In this document: one piece after another, positions 34,301-43,297 of the stretch
How positions within the stretch are numbered: the stretch's first letter is position 1
How the letters are laid out: the number at the start of each line of letters is the position of its first letter
DNA from: a virus
Virus record (IMG/VR): IMGVR_UViG_3300044684_000161
Location: 1-64,000 of that record
Direction: 5' to 3' (one strand)
DNA length: 64,000 nt
The notes under the pieces: generated by a model
Told to the model about the DNA's origin: nothing
The model's input: the letters and a program-made list of their open reading frames with translations, nothing else
Databases searched by the model: none
Position numbers and translations under genes: made by a program

Positions 34301-36164
34301 CATGGAGCCGGGCGCAGGGTTCCTGGTCGACCGAATCTATGCGGCGATCGGTCAGGAGCCGAGCGAAGACAAGCCGCAGGCGCGCAAGGATTACGCTATC
34401 GGGCTTCAGACGCTGCGTGATCGGCTGGAGAGCGCCAAGACTGCCGAGGAAGTGACAACCGTTCTCGACGCGTTGCGCGAGGAATACGACGGCAAAATGC
34501 TGACAGCCGAGGAATCGACGCGATATCAAGCTCTCGGCGATGAGGCGCGCAAGCTGTGGGAGAAAAGTAGAGCTATCGACGCGGAGAACGACAAGCGATA
34601 TCAGGCGCAATCGCGTGCCCGGGCCGACGTGTATGAAGTCGAACGCGAAGTCGAGAAACGAAAGCGGCGTGGTTGGGCGCCGAAGCCCGAACTCGATGCC
34701 AAGCTGGCCGAGCTAAAGCAGATCGCCGAGGCCAAGGACAAGGAGTGGGGCGACGAACTGCGCGCGAACAAGCCTCTACGAGAGGAACTTGACCAGCAGC
34801 GGCGCGACCTGCATGGCAAGCGAGATGCGATTGTCCTGGCGGCAACCATAAGAAACAAGCTCGATAACCCTCTGCATCGTGCCTGGAACTTGATGGGAGA
34901 GCGGTTCGTGAACGTGCTGCGGTACCGTTCATTCAAAGGTTCCGATGCGTTCGCAAAGCATGTTACAGCGGCGAAGACTGGCAAGATCGCTGATTGGTCA
35001 TGGGCCGAGAAGGAAACAGTGCGCGCACCGCGCGTGACGAAGGAATCTGCGCGTTTTCAGATGAGGGTGGCTGATTCATTCGAACGCGTTGGCGGTCGCA
35101 CCGTAACGCCGCAGTCTACGGCTGAACTCAAGGGCATGTTCGGGTTGCGCGACGTACAGTCCGGCAACTGGGTGTTGCGTGACGTGGCGAGCGCCAAATT
35201 CCACACCGAGCATTCGGCGGCAGCATTCGCTGATCTTGCGGACCTGATGGGCGCTCCTGACGAGCAGATCGCAATGAATGGCCGCTTGGCATTGGCGTTC
35301 GGGGCACGCGGTCACGGTGCCAAAGGATGGAAGGATGGCGCGGCCAGGGCGCACTACGAGAGTGTTCACCGCGTCATCAATCTGACGAAGATGGGCGGCG
35401 GCGGCGCGCTGGCACATGAATGGTTCCACGCGCTCGACAATATGGCTGGTGAGGCAGAGGGCGGCACAGCGGGCGTTAGCGACTACTTCACCGAGAATCC
35501 CGACTTGCTTCCGGCCGGCGAGTTGCGTGAAGCCGTCAAGGGACTGCGCAGTGCCATGCTCGACGGCCCTCATCGTGCCACGCGGACCGAGACCTATACG
35601 CCCGAAGACGTGCGACTTGCTCGGCGTAACCTTGGTGGACAGTTCCCTAACGCGATGGCGAAGATGATCGTCAACGCTGGCAACGTACATGCTGCAGTGC
35701 AGGCGATCGAGCGACATTTCGGCCTTGACGGCACCAAGGAAGTCAGCCGCCGGTCGAAGAAACTCGCGCAGGACTGGCGCCGCATCGCGTTAGGCCATTA
35801 TGGCGGAAACGCAGAGGGTGGCGATATCCTGGTGCAGAGCGGGCGTCCGATGTCTTCATTCGCCCTTGAAGCCAAGAATCTTGACCAGGGCAGTGCCGAG
35901 TACTGGCAGCGAACGCATGAAATGGCAGCACGCGCGTTTCAGGCGTGGACCGAAGACCGCCTCGCAGACCAAGGGCGCCGTAACGACTACCTCTCGAACT
36001 TCGCCGACAACAAGTATCACGTCGATCCGCTGTTCGGCATCGAATGGAAGCCGTTCCCGGAAGGCGAGGAGCGCACCCGCATCAACACGGCTTTCGATCG
36101 GCTTGTCGCGGCCATGAAGGCGTCAAAGACGCTAGCAAAGGCGGTGGCTCTGTTCGTCGCATAA
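31335..36164 (+). CDS. Large polyvalent protein: adenine methyltransferase plus C-terminal LPD1/zincin-like region (DarB-like virion cargo)
   Basis: DFFPTP..VLEPSAGNG..MNPPF MTase motifs; LALAFGARG..ALAHEWFHALD..EMAARAF..NDYL. Confidence 0.85.
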   Translation: MLIFFSKATPPQVNMPVHVAGTVRKDGTIVKPHMRMQRVSLHATQPPTPAAAAPKSPERKPGKLDSFLEKHGGEQRFRASLLDMKPEQRAKLIDAMAHIDGIEPSGVMERLGLHASDLKEGDPDGSGAHEIVEHITRKGKTLRGVIRRDLSQDEAKQIDEYTFRKDGGWFIREKHLETAAKLDAARHAGIIDDAQHETARAAAAKDGPSGALGALQQQPSPNEPSHPIESAAPADRPKEQADKLREAGEKLKAAAEADLGRDRLANTARRARMAAGAEADASQRLSIAGTMINLADAIEAGDARHLKGITTRAAVETLDGMVRRAVRETDRHLPYIEQRAREGRSPEPDDIRNARLPRFSVHGNVAADIAEKLRGVKGAAKLSGWAYRISERVGRDAVATLPDDDAETIRAVFKKLADMGEKHMGWDLRETLAVRDRLARAGITSDRDLRLALTEYLIFRDGPKKADPIKEAERVLVGQKVGVDFFPTPKPLAAKMAELAGVKPGMTVLEPSAGNGHLADAARDAGAQVDTVEVSDALRNVLHAKGHNIAGHDFDTFEPGKQYDAVIMNPPFSDRRDAAHIMRAYDLLKPGGKLVAIAGEGVFFGSDQKAQTFRDWLDERGAEVERLPEGTFKGSDLPAQTGANARLIVVEKPAHVAAAPVQESAPSMEREQPSIHEQGPKEGETKFENGVEYVLRDGRWHRAHEDQADERGAVSDAVLEDVGLLREFGGNWQYKFGIDGRWMTANSKEDAVSIATKTYHETPESERMTRDQRDAKADADEYEDLHRRYGHLSVDDLRDRHEKMGGEIEGLQAAGRREFNGGGRRTSAAVSAQGARDVSEERSKLDRYIERRAADEAAAPVRDAESDLASDREELATELARDPHSEPAKEAVRKVGRRVAEDEEPVSALDEDDPNSPNYRYADTGYVAGSRKELAASQVIKSAKQEGARVYATAIDWDQLEQNPREAKDLITKSNLFGEVDWPALRAAGMEPGAGFLVDRIYAAIGQEPSEDKPQARKDYAIGLQTLRDRLESAKTAEEVTTVLDALREEYDGKMLTAEESTRYQALGDEARKLWEKSRAIDAENDKRYQAQSRARADVYEVEREVEKRKRRGWAPKPELDAKLAELKQIAEAKDKEWGDELRANKPLREELDQQRRDLHGKRDAIVLAATIRNKLDNPLHRAWNLMGERFVNVLRYRSFKGSDAFAKHVTAAKTGKIADWSWAEKETVRAPRVTKESARFQMRVADSFERVGGRTVTPQSTAELKGMFGLRDVQSGNWVLRDVASAKFHTEHSAAAFADLADLMGAPDEQIAMNGRLALAFGARGHGAKGWKDGAARAHYESVHRVINLTKMGGGGALAHEWFHALDNMAGEAEGGTAGVSDYFTENPDLLPAGELREAVKGLRSAMLDGPHRATRTETYTPEDVRLARRNLGGQFPNAMAKMIVNAGNVHAAVQAIERHFGLDGTKEVSRRSKKLAQDWRRIALGHYGGNAEGGDILVQSGRPMSSFALEAKNLDQGSAEYWQRTHEMAARAFQAWTEDRLADQGRRNDYLSNFADNKYHVDPLFGIEWKPFPEGEERTRINTAFDRLVAAMKASKTLAKAVALFVA

Positions 36165-36208
36165 GGTCGTGACGCGACACTCGCCCCATCAAGATAGATG
36201 GGGCGAGC

Positions 36209-36769
36209 ATGCCTGCGCATGAGCATTTGATGAAGTCGACGATCATCGAGGACGAGTACTTCCCCGATCATCCGCCGCGTACCGAGTCTGCGATATTCCG
36301 GCACACCAAAGCTGAAGGCCATAAGGCCGGACTGCGATGCGCGATCAGCGGCCATCAAGATGGCGTCGAGTATCATCACGTCTTTTGCGAATGGGCGGAC
36401 GCTGACGCCGTATGCTGGCACACCGTCAAGGGCATCGCGACGGGCGAAGTCACCGAACTTCCCATTTTGGACCTTTCCACGGATCAGCCCACGGAAAAGA
36501 TGGCGCCCGTCGAAGGATTCCTCATCTATTCGATCATCAAGATCACCGAGGCGCGCGGCTTCGACTGGCGTGCCTTCGATCCAGACAAGCCCGAGCAGTT
36601 CATCGACAGCCCGCAGAACATGCTCGTGCTGCACGAGAAATTCCACCGCGCCAAGGATCACGGCATCCACATGCGCACGGGTCCGACCTTCATGTTTCAG
36701 GCGTTTCCGCGCAAGGACGGCTTCGTGTTCACGCCGGATGAAATGGCCGGATATACAAAAAGTGCGTGA
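36209..36769 (+). CDS. HNH-like hypothetical protein
   Basis: CAISG..VEYHH..NMLVLHEKFH..GIH. Confidence 0.6.
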   Translation: MPAHEHLMKSTIIEDEYFPDHPPRTESAIFRHTKAEGHKAGLRCAISGHQDGVEYHHVFCEWADADAVCWHTVKGIATGEVTELPILDLSTDQPTEKMAPVEGFLIYSIIKITEARGFDWRAFDPDKPEQFIDSPQNMLVLHEKFHRAKDHGIHMRTGPTFMFQAFPRKDGFVFTPDEMAGYTKSA

Positions 36770-36812
36770 TGAAGATCGCGCGGCGGCGTGGTCGTGACGC
36801 GACACTCCATCC

Positions 36813-37706
36813 ATGATGAACGATAGCGATTTGCTCGCTTCTTGCCCTGACTATTTGAGTATCGGGGCGATGCTCAAAGCAACGCCCATGCAGGAGGGCG
36901 GGAAGCGCATCGTCTACATCGAGGCGAGCAATGAAGCGCTCGACCAGCAGAACGAAGTCGTCATGCAGAAGGCTCTGCGTGATTCGGCCGATTGGTACTT
37001 GAAGTACGGGAACTTGGATATCGACCACTTCACGCAGATCGGCGCGAAGGCCGGCATACCTGACTACGCCACATACGAAATAGGGTTGCCGTGTGACGTG
37101 CAGTTTGCCGATGGAAAGACCTTCGTGAAGGGAGAGATTTTCAGTGGCACGGGGGCATCGGCGGACAAAGCGAATCAGTTTTGGGGTTCGCTGACTGAAA
37201 CTAATCCGCCTGCTCGTTGGTATCCGTCTGTCGGCGGAAGCGTGCTCGAGAAATCGGTCGAGATCGATCCCGGGACGAACACGCGCAAGGCCTTCATCAA
37301 GAAGGTGCGCTGGTCAAACATCGGTTTCAGCAAAACGCCGGTCAATCAGACTGTGCCGACGGTTGCGACGGTCCCATTCGGTGCGCTTGCGAAGAGTTGG
37401 GGTGTTGTTGGCCTGGACTTCGCCAAGGCGATCGAAGCCGGCTACGGCACGGACTCAGCCTCGCTCGAAGGCGGCGCTGCGCTGCGCGAGCAGTCACTCG
37501 ATCACGGCGTCAAAAACTACCTCGATTTCCGCGACAGGCTCGCCGACGAAATGCGCAAGGGTGTCGTCGGCAAGAACCCGGGCCTACAGGATCTCGTCAA
37601 GCATTGCGTCAAGAAATTCAGTCTGTCGCTCGACGAAGCGGCCGAGTGGGTAGAGCGCTTCGCGCGCGATTTGAAAACTGGTCTTAACCAACGGAGTAAG
37701 CCATGA
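36813..37706 (+). CDS. Prohead protease
   Basis: ASNEALDQQNE, IDH, YPSVGG, PVN; position before scaffold and capsid. Confidence 0.8.
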   Translation: MMNDSDLLASCPDYLSIGAMLKATPMQEGGKRIVYIEASNEALDQQNEVVMQKALRDSADWYLKYGNLDIDHFTQIGAKAGIPDYATYEIGLPCDVQFADGKTFVKGEIFSGTGASADKANQFWGSLTETNPPARWYPSVGGSVLEKSVEIDPGTNTRKAFIKKVRWSNIGFSKTPVNQTVPTVATVPFGALAKSWGVVGLDFAKAIEAGYGTDSASLEGGAALREQSLDHGVKNYLDFRDRLADEMRKGVVGKNPGLQDLVKHCVKKFSLSLDEAAEWVERFARDLKTGLNQRSKP

Positions 37707-38341
37707 GTTTTGAACAACTGCTCTCCGAGATTCAGGAACTGAGCTCGGAACAGGAAACCATGAGCAAGGCACTCCCGGCGGAAGACGGCAAGGACGACAA
37801 GATCCAAGCCGCCGCTGCGGATGGCGGCGACATGGATGGTGCCGGAAACGGCGAAGGTGACGGCGCGACCGACGACGGCGCAGGTTTGGGTGAGGGCGAG
37901 CAGATGGGCAAATCGCTCGGCACCGTAACGCTCGCGGACGGTTCGCAGGTCGAAGGCATCGACGGCACCGAACTCGTCAAGTCGCTGATGACGCGCGTCG
38001 AGACGAGCGAGGATCAAATGCACAAGGCGCTCGAGGGCGCGCTCGGCCTGATCAAGTCCCAGAGCGCAATGCTCAAGTCGCTGACCGAGCAAGTCGGCAA
38101 GCTCTCGAACGCCGGTCGCGGCCGCAAGACGGCTGTGACGGTGCACGACAAGGTTGGCGCTGGCGCCACGATGGCGAAGTCGGAGCCGAGCGGCATGAAG
38201 CCCGAGGAGTTCTTGAGCAAGGCGCTGAGCGCGCAAGCAGCAGGAAGGATTCGCGGTCACGAGGTCGCGATGATCGAGAACTACGTGAACCGAGGCATGA
38301 CGGTTCCCGAAGCGCTCGTGAACAAAGTAGTCGGTCAGTAA
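37703..38341 (+). CDS. Scaffolding protein
   Basis: Acidic and coiled-coil, many (M/L)xK(A/S) motifs, directly upstream of the capsid gene. Confidence 0.7.
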   Translation: MSFEQLLSEIQELSSEQETMSKALPAEDGKDDKIQAAAADGGDMDGAGNGEGDGATDDGAGLGEGEQMGKSLGTVTLADGSQVEGIDGTELVKSLMTRVETSEDQMHKALEGALGLIKSQSAMLKSLTEQVGKLSNAGRGRKTAVTVHDKVGAGATMAKSEPSGMKPEEFLSKALSAQAAGRIRGHEVAMIENYVNRGMTVPEALVNKVVGQ

Positions 38342-38380
38342 CGGGCCGCCGGTCATTTCTCAACCAGGGAACACGAAACC

Positions 38381-39847
38381 ATGTTGAACCCGAATATGTT
38401 TCCCCAAATCGCCGGCGGTGCGTCCATCACCGGCCAGTTGGGATTGGATGCGGTCGAAGAGCTCAACAAAGCTCTGACGGCCGGCTACGGTACGGACGTT
38501 TCGACGTTCACCGGCGGTGCGGCGCTCCGTATCCAGTCGCTCGACAAGACGATGTACTCGACGATTCAGGAGAACGAGCACTTCCGTCTGTTCAACGCGC
38601 TGGTCAAGTCCAACGCGACCGCGACGGTCGATGAATGGACGGAACAGAACAGCGTCGGCGGCCGTCTCGGCGGCTCGACGAACTCGGAACTCGGTGTCGT
38701 CAACGCCGCGCAGGGCAACTACGCTCGCCGTGTCGGTCAGGTCAAGTACCTGATGACCCGCCGCGAAGTGTCGTTCGTCGCCACGCTGGGCAACAACATC
38801 GTCGAAGCGGAAGCTGTCGAAGCTTCGAACGGCGCGCTGCAATTGCTGACGGATGCTGAATTTCTCGGCTTCGAAGGTGATTCGACGGTTGTGCCGACCG
38901 AGTTCGACGGTATCTACGCTCAGCAAGTTTCGGGCATCGCCTCGGGCGCGATCGACGGTCATCACGTGCTTGACGCCAAGGGATCGTCGCTCGCTTCAGT
39001 GAACCTGATCAACCAAGCGGCCTCGATCATCTCTGGTTACGGCAACTTCGGTAAGCCGACGCACCTGTTCCTGTCGCAAGCCACGCAGGCGGATTTCGAT
39101 ACGGGCCTTGACCCGGCATTCCGCGTGCCGCTGCCGGATGTTCCGAACGGCGGTATCTCGCTGGGTGCGCCGGTCGCCGGGATCCGCACTTCGTGGGGCA
39201 ACATCAAGAACATGCCCGATGTGTTCGTGCGCGACCAGGATCAACTCCAGCCTTATCAGTTGATCAACTCGGCGGACGCGACGGCAAACGCTGGCCTCGC
39301 GCCGGCATCGGTGACGGTTGCGACCGCAAGCAACGTATCGAGCAACTTCGCTGCGTCGCAGGCCGGTAACTACTACTGGCTCGTCACCGGCGTGAACGCG
39401 AGCGGCGAATCGACAGGCACGATCACGGCGCAGACGGCCGTCGCCGCTGGTCAGGCAGCCACGCTGACGATCACGGCTTCGGCTGGCGGTCTGGAAACGG
39501 GCTACGCGATCTATCGCGGCCGCCTGAATGGCACGAATGCGCCGAGCGACTTCCGCTTGCAGGCTCGAGTCGGCAAGGCTGGTGCGACGACCACGTATGT
39601 CGATCTGAACAACGACATCCCGGGCACGTCCAAGGCGTACATCCTGAACCTAGCTCCGTCTGCCGGTGCGATCACGTGGCGCCAGTTGCTGCCGATGATG
39701 AAGTTCCAGTTCTACCCGACGCAGACCGTCACGGTGCCCTGGGCTCAGTTGCTGTTCGGCTATCTGCGGCTCGCGAAGCGTCGTCACCACGTGGTCATCA
39801 AAAACATCCTTCCGGCGTCCGCGACGTGGCGCCCGTTCAACGTCTGA
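38381..39847 (+). CDS. Major capsid protein with an Ig-like insertion
   Basis: LNKALTAGYG..GGAALRIQSLD, FEGDS..EFDGI; strongest codon bias in the window; downstream hairpin. Confidence 0.88.
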   Translation: MLNPNMFPQIAGGASITGQLGLDAVEELNKALTAGYGTDVSTFTGGAALRIQSLDKTMYSTIQENEHFRLFNALVKSNATATVDEWTEQNSVGGRLGGSTNSELGVVNAAQGNYARRVGQVKYLMTRREVSFVATLGNNIVEAEAVEASNGALQLLTDAEFLGFEGDSTVVPTEFDGIYAQQVSGIASGAIDGHHVLDAKGSSLASVNLINQAASIISGYGNFGKPTHLFLSQATQADFDTGLDPAFRVPLPDVPNGGISLGAPVAGIRTSWGNIKNMPDVFVRDQDQLQPYQLINSADATANAGLAPASVTVATASNVSSNFAASQAGNYYWLVTGVNASGESTGTITAQTAVAAGQAATLTITASAGGLETGYAIYRGRLNGTNAPSDFRLQARVGKAGATTTYVDLNNDIPGTSKAYILNLAPSAGAITWRQLLPMMKFQFYPTQTVTVPWAQLLFGYLRLAKRRHHVVIKNILPASATWRPFNV

Positions 39848-39922
39848 TCTTCTGATCGGACGATAGGATAGATGAACGAAACATGGCGGCACCTCCGGGT
39901 GCCGCCCTTCAGGAGAGCCATC

Positions 39923-40186
39923 ATGGCAAAAGTCATCTGCACTCTGAAAACCGCATCGGAGCTGATCAACGGCGTGAAGTTCGTCACGCATCGTGACGGC
40001 ATGATCTCAGAAGAGATTAGCGACGACGTGGCCGCAAATTTCGCCAGCATTCCTGGATACGTCCTGGCGGACGCCGAGCAGCCTTCTGGCAAGAAGCAGG
40101 TCGGCGCGAAGGATTCCGCCAAGGCGGACGGCGCAACCCCGCCTGCTGATCCGGCCGCTGCTGGCGCGGACGCCGGCAAGAAGTGA
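39923..40186 (+). CDS. Hypothetical virion-associated protein
   Basis: AGGAG RBS; ASELINGVKF..FASIPGY. Confidence 0.75.
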   Translation: MAKVICTLKTASELINGVKFVTHRDGMISEEISDDVAANFASIPGYVLADAEQPSGKKQVGAKDSAKADGATPPADPAAAGADAGKK

Positions 40187-40197
40187 GGTAACGAACC

Positions 40198-40587
40198 ATG
40201 AGTAACTTCGGAACCGGCAATGTTCAGGACGAATTGAACCGCTGCATGCCGGCTGCACGCGATGCCAAACTCGGCGATGTGCTGAACGATCTTCTGAATG
40301 CCGTGAACGGCATTGGCGGCACTGTGGTCGCTGTTACAATGACGGCCGCAGGCACCGGCTACACCAGCGCACCGACGGTAGCCTTCACAGGTGGCGGCGG
40401 ATCGGGTGCGACCGGCGTCGCAATTTTGAGCGGTACCACTGTCGCAGCGGTAGTCATTACCAACCCGGGCAGCGGATACACGAGCGCGCCGACGGTTGGT
40501 TTCAGCGGAGGTGCCGGATCCGGCGCAGCAGCGACTGCGGTCGTATCGTCCGCACACGCATTGCTTGGGCTGAACAACCGCTCGTAA
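40198..40587 (+). CDS. Putative head decoration/fibre protein
   Basis: Two G(T/S)GYTSAPTV.F.GG.GSGA repeats; GAGGT RBS. Confidence 0.75.
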   Translation: MSNFGTGNVQDELNRCMPAARDAKLGDVLNDLLNAVNGIGGTVVAVTMTAAGTGYTSAPTVAFTGGGGSGATGVAILSGTTVAAVVITNPGSGYTSAPTVGFSGGAGSGAAATAVVSSAHALLGLNNRS

Positions 40588-40612
40588 GTCACGGCGGGGA
40601 TCTCCACCTCGA

Positions 40613-40653
40613 AGCCGCCGCCGGGGCACGCTCCGCGCGGCGGTTTTTTCTTT
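40613..40653 (+). terminator. Intrinsic terminator
   Basis: CCGCCGC...GCGGCGG followed by TTTTTTCTTT. Confidence 0.75.
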
Positions 40654-40667
40654 GAAGCAAGACGACC

Positions 40668-41783
40668 ATGACGACCATCATCGCCGGTCAAGCGGCCCAG
40701 TTCACAGTCACGGTGCAGGTCGACGGTGCGCCCGTTGCAATCAATTCGAGCGCGACCGTCAATGCGCAGCTATTCACGATCAACGGGCTGCAGTCGCTCA
40801 CTCCGATAGAAGCGTGTAGCAGTAATGCAACCGGCGCGAATTGGACAGCCGGCGTGGTCGCTGTTGCATTCACGGCCAACGATACGGCCACCATTACGAC
40901 CGGACCCGCACTGCTCGTTCTCACGATCTCCAATCCGGCGCTCGTGCGACGGTTCAAGATCAATGTCGAGACGGCGACGGGACCCACGCAGTCGACGCTC
41001 TTCATCAAGGATGTCGTTGTCGAGGAACTGCGCGCCGACCAGCTACTGCTTGCTGCACAGAACTATTTTTCGGGCGTCACACTGACGGACGACTACATTT
41101 GGGAAAAGGTCGTCGCTGCTGAATCGCAGATCAAGCACACGCTGCGCGTGCCGCTCGTGCCGACACAGTTCTTCGCCTACACTCCGACTACTCCAGAGGA
41201 CATTGCGCTTGAGCAGCCTGGCGTGCCGATCGATATCGATCCCGCCTACGATTACGACCCAGAGTTCTTTCAGGGCGAGAAGTGGGGCTTCATCGTCACC
41301 CGCCAGAAGCCTGTGCAAAGCGTGCAGCGCATGCGCTTTGCCTATCCTGCGCCATCGAATCTGTTCTTCGACATTCCTCTGGACTGGATCCGCCTCGACC
41401 AGAAGTACGGCCACATCCGTCTCGTGCCGGCCACATCCGCATTCTCTGCGCCGCTTTCAGCCTTCATGATGCAGGCTCTCGGCGGCGGCCGCACTATCCC
41501 GTTCATGATCCAGTTGACCTATATCGCCGGCATTCAGAACGCGTGGACGACCTACCCGGAACTGATCGACGTGATCAAGAAGCAGGCAGTGCTAAAGGTC
41601 GTTGAGGACGGCTTCCTGCCTCAGTCGGGATCAATCAGCGCTGACGGCTTGTCGCAATCGATGAGCGTCGACATGGAAAAGTATCGTGACACGATCGACT
41701 CTATCCTGAACGGTCCGAAGGGCTCGAACGGTGGACTGATGACCTCAATCCACGGCGTGCGCAACACGATCATGGGATGGTGA
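40668..41783 (+). CDS. Head-tail adaptor/neck protein
   Basis: Y.AG..PEL, SISADGLSQS; synteny. Confidence 0.7.
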   Translation: MTTIIAGQAAQFTVTVQVDGAPVAINSSATVNAQLFTINGLQSLTPIEACSSNATGANWTAGVVAVAFTANDTATITTGPALLVLTISNPALVRRFKINVETATGPTQSTLFIKDVVVEELRADQLLLAAQNYFSGVTLTDDYIWEKVVAAESQIKHTLRVPLVPTQFFAYTPTTPEDIALEQPGVPIDIDPAYDYDPEFFQGEKWGFIVTRQKPVQSVQRMRFAYPAPSNLFFDIPLDWIRLDQKYGHIRLVPATSAFSAPLSAFMMQALGGGRTIPFMIQLTYIAGIQNAWTTYPELIDVIKKQAVLKVVEDGFLPQSGSISADGLSQSMSVDMEKYRDTIDSILNGPKGSNGGLMTSIHGVRNTIMGW

Positions 41784-41784
41784 G

Positions 41785-42435
41785 ATGCGACTAAATCCCA
41801 AAGCTTTCGACGCATGGCTCGGCGGCAACATCGGCCAGTCGTTTCTCTGGCGCAAAGCCTATCGATGCCCGTGCGTCAATCTCAATTCGGGCGCCGCGAC
41901 GCCCGGGTGCCCGCAGTGCGGCGGAAAGTCATGGCTCTGGACCGCGACGGCGACGCCGGGCTCGGCTGGCATGAGTGGGCAGCAGATCCAAATGCGATGG
42001 GCCCAGATGGGGCTGTGGGAGGATGGCGACGCAGTGGTCACCATCCACGAGTCATCGCCGCTTTACGAGATGGGTCAATTCGACCGCGTAACGATGCTGA
42101 ACAGCACGGATTATTTCTCGCTGCCGTTGGTTCACGGCGGATCGGAGGAGAAGCTGTTCGAGCCGATCGAGAAGATCACGCGCGTATTCTGGCTTGACGT
42201 GAACAAGAACATCGTTGAGGGCGGCATACCGATGGTGAACTCGGACGGTACGCTGACGTGGTCGAGCGGAGCGCCGCCATCCGGTACGACCTACAGTATC
42301 ACCGGAACGCGCTACAGCCAGTACTTTTGCTGGGGGCGCTACCCGTCCGATCGCAACGAGCATTTCGGCGCGCGACTGCCTAAGCGCGTCGTGTTGCGCC
42401 GGTTCGATTTGTTCGGGCGCGACGCGCCGAACTAG
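41785..42435 (+). CDS. Head closure/neck protein
   Basis: WRKAYRCPC..CPQCGGK, FDRVT; synteny. Confidence 0.7.
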   Translation: MRLNPKAFDAWLGGNIGQSFLWRKAYRCPCVNLNSGAATPGCPQCGGKSWLWTATATPGSAGMSGQQIQMRWAQMGLWEDGDAVVTIHESSPLYEMGQFDRVTMLNSTDYFSLPLVHGGSEEKLFEPIEKITRVFWLDVNKNIVEGGIPMVNSDGTLTWSSGAPPSGTTYSITGTRYSQYFCWGRYPSDRNEHFGARLPKRVVLRRFDLFGRDAPN

Positions 42436-43241
42436 CCGAGCGTGCGCTTCATTGCTTCGCCGAAGGCCTCTTCGGCGATCGGCTGCATGTCGTCGGCCGT
42501 CTTCTTCGCCAGATAGAGCCCTGGCTGCGCTGGAATGATCCAGCCCGGGGACCCTTCCACCATCGTGCGGAACGTAAGATACACGCTACTCCGTGCACCG
42601 CCCGGAGTCGTCGTGTCGAACCGATACATGCCTTGATGAATTCGCTTCGCGTTCGGCGCCTTTTCGAAGTTGCCGACCTTCATGAAGTCGAGACGACCGC
42701 CCCAAGAATACACGTTCTGCGGCACCGTCAGGCGCTGCCTGGATTTGATATCGAACGCGCCAGTTCCGGATAGGCGCTGCTTCTGTCCGACGATGCTCGA
42801 GGGTGCCATTTCCTTCGCGAGTTCGTACACGTCTGGCGGCATGGATTGGCCGAGCGCGTCATTGCCGGGCGTATTGTGGCGGAACGGAATGATGAGGTAG
42901 CGCTTCCCCTTCTTCGATGTACGAACCTTCAGGCTCGTGTCGAGCATCCGCTTGAGATCGCGCGGAGGGCGTCCCGTCTCGATCTCCTCGGCGTACTTGT
43001 AGTCCGACCAGACGAGCGCAGCGAACGGTCCTGTCATCTTCATCTGGATCGACGACATGTAGGCGTCTTTCTCGCCGCTCCATAGCTTGGCTTGATAGAC
43101 GGCCTGCTGCCAGTTTTGCGCTGTCGCATTTGCCATGGCGCGCACGGCCTGCGTCAGCAGCGGGAAGACCTGCTGATTGACGATATCGGATGCCGTTCCG
43201 GTGACGCCGGACAGATCGACGGAGATTTTGAACTCAGCCAT
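42432..43241 (-). CDS. Putative neck/tail completion protein on the opposite strand
   Basis: YAEEIETG..DLK..RYLIIPFRH..TFRT..GWIIP; has its own leaderless CGTGAC promoter. Confidence 0.7.
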   Translation of the reverse strand: MAEFKISVDLSGVTGTASDIVNQQVFPLLTQAVRAMANATAQNWQQAVYQAKLWSGEKDAYMSSIQMKMTGPFAALVWSDYKYAEEIETGRPPRDLKRMLDTSLKVRTSKKGKRYLIIPFRHNTPGNDALGQSMPPDVYELAKEMAPSSIVGQKQRLSGTGAFDIKSRQRLTVPQNVYSWGGRLDFMKVGNFEKAPNAKRIHQGMYRFDTTTPGGARSSVYLTFRTMVEGSPGWIIPAQPGLYLAKKTADDMQPIAEEAFGEAMKRTLG

Positions 43242-43297
43242 GACGCGATCATAGCGTCACGCCAGCGCCTATCGGTCGTGACGGCATCATCATATCC
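43242..43297. promoter_or_regulatory. Back-to-back divergent CGTGAC-type promoters
   Basis: Minus CGTGAC-gc-TATGAT-N6-ATG; plus CGTGAC-gg-CATCAT-N7-ATG. Confidence 0.7.
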
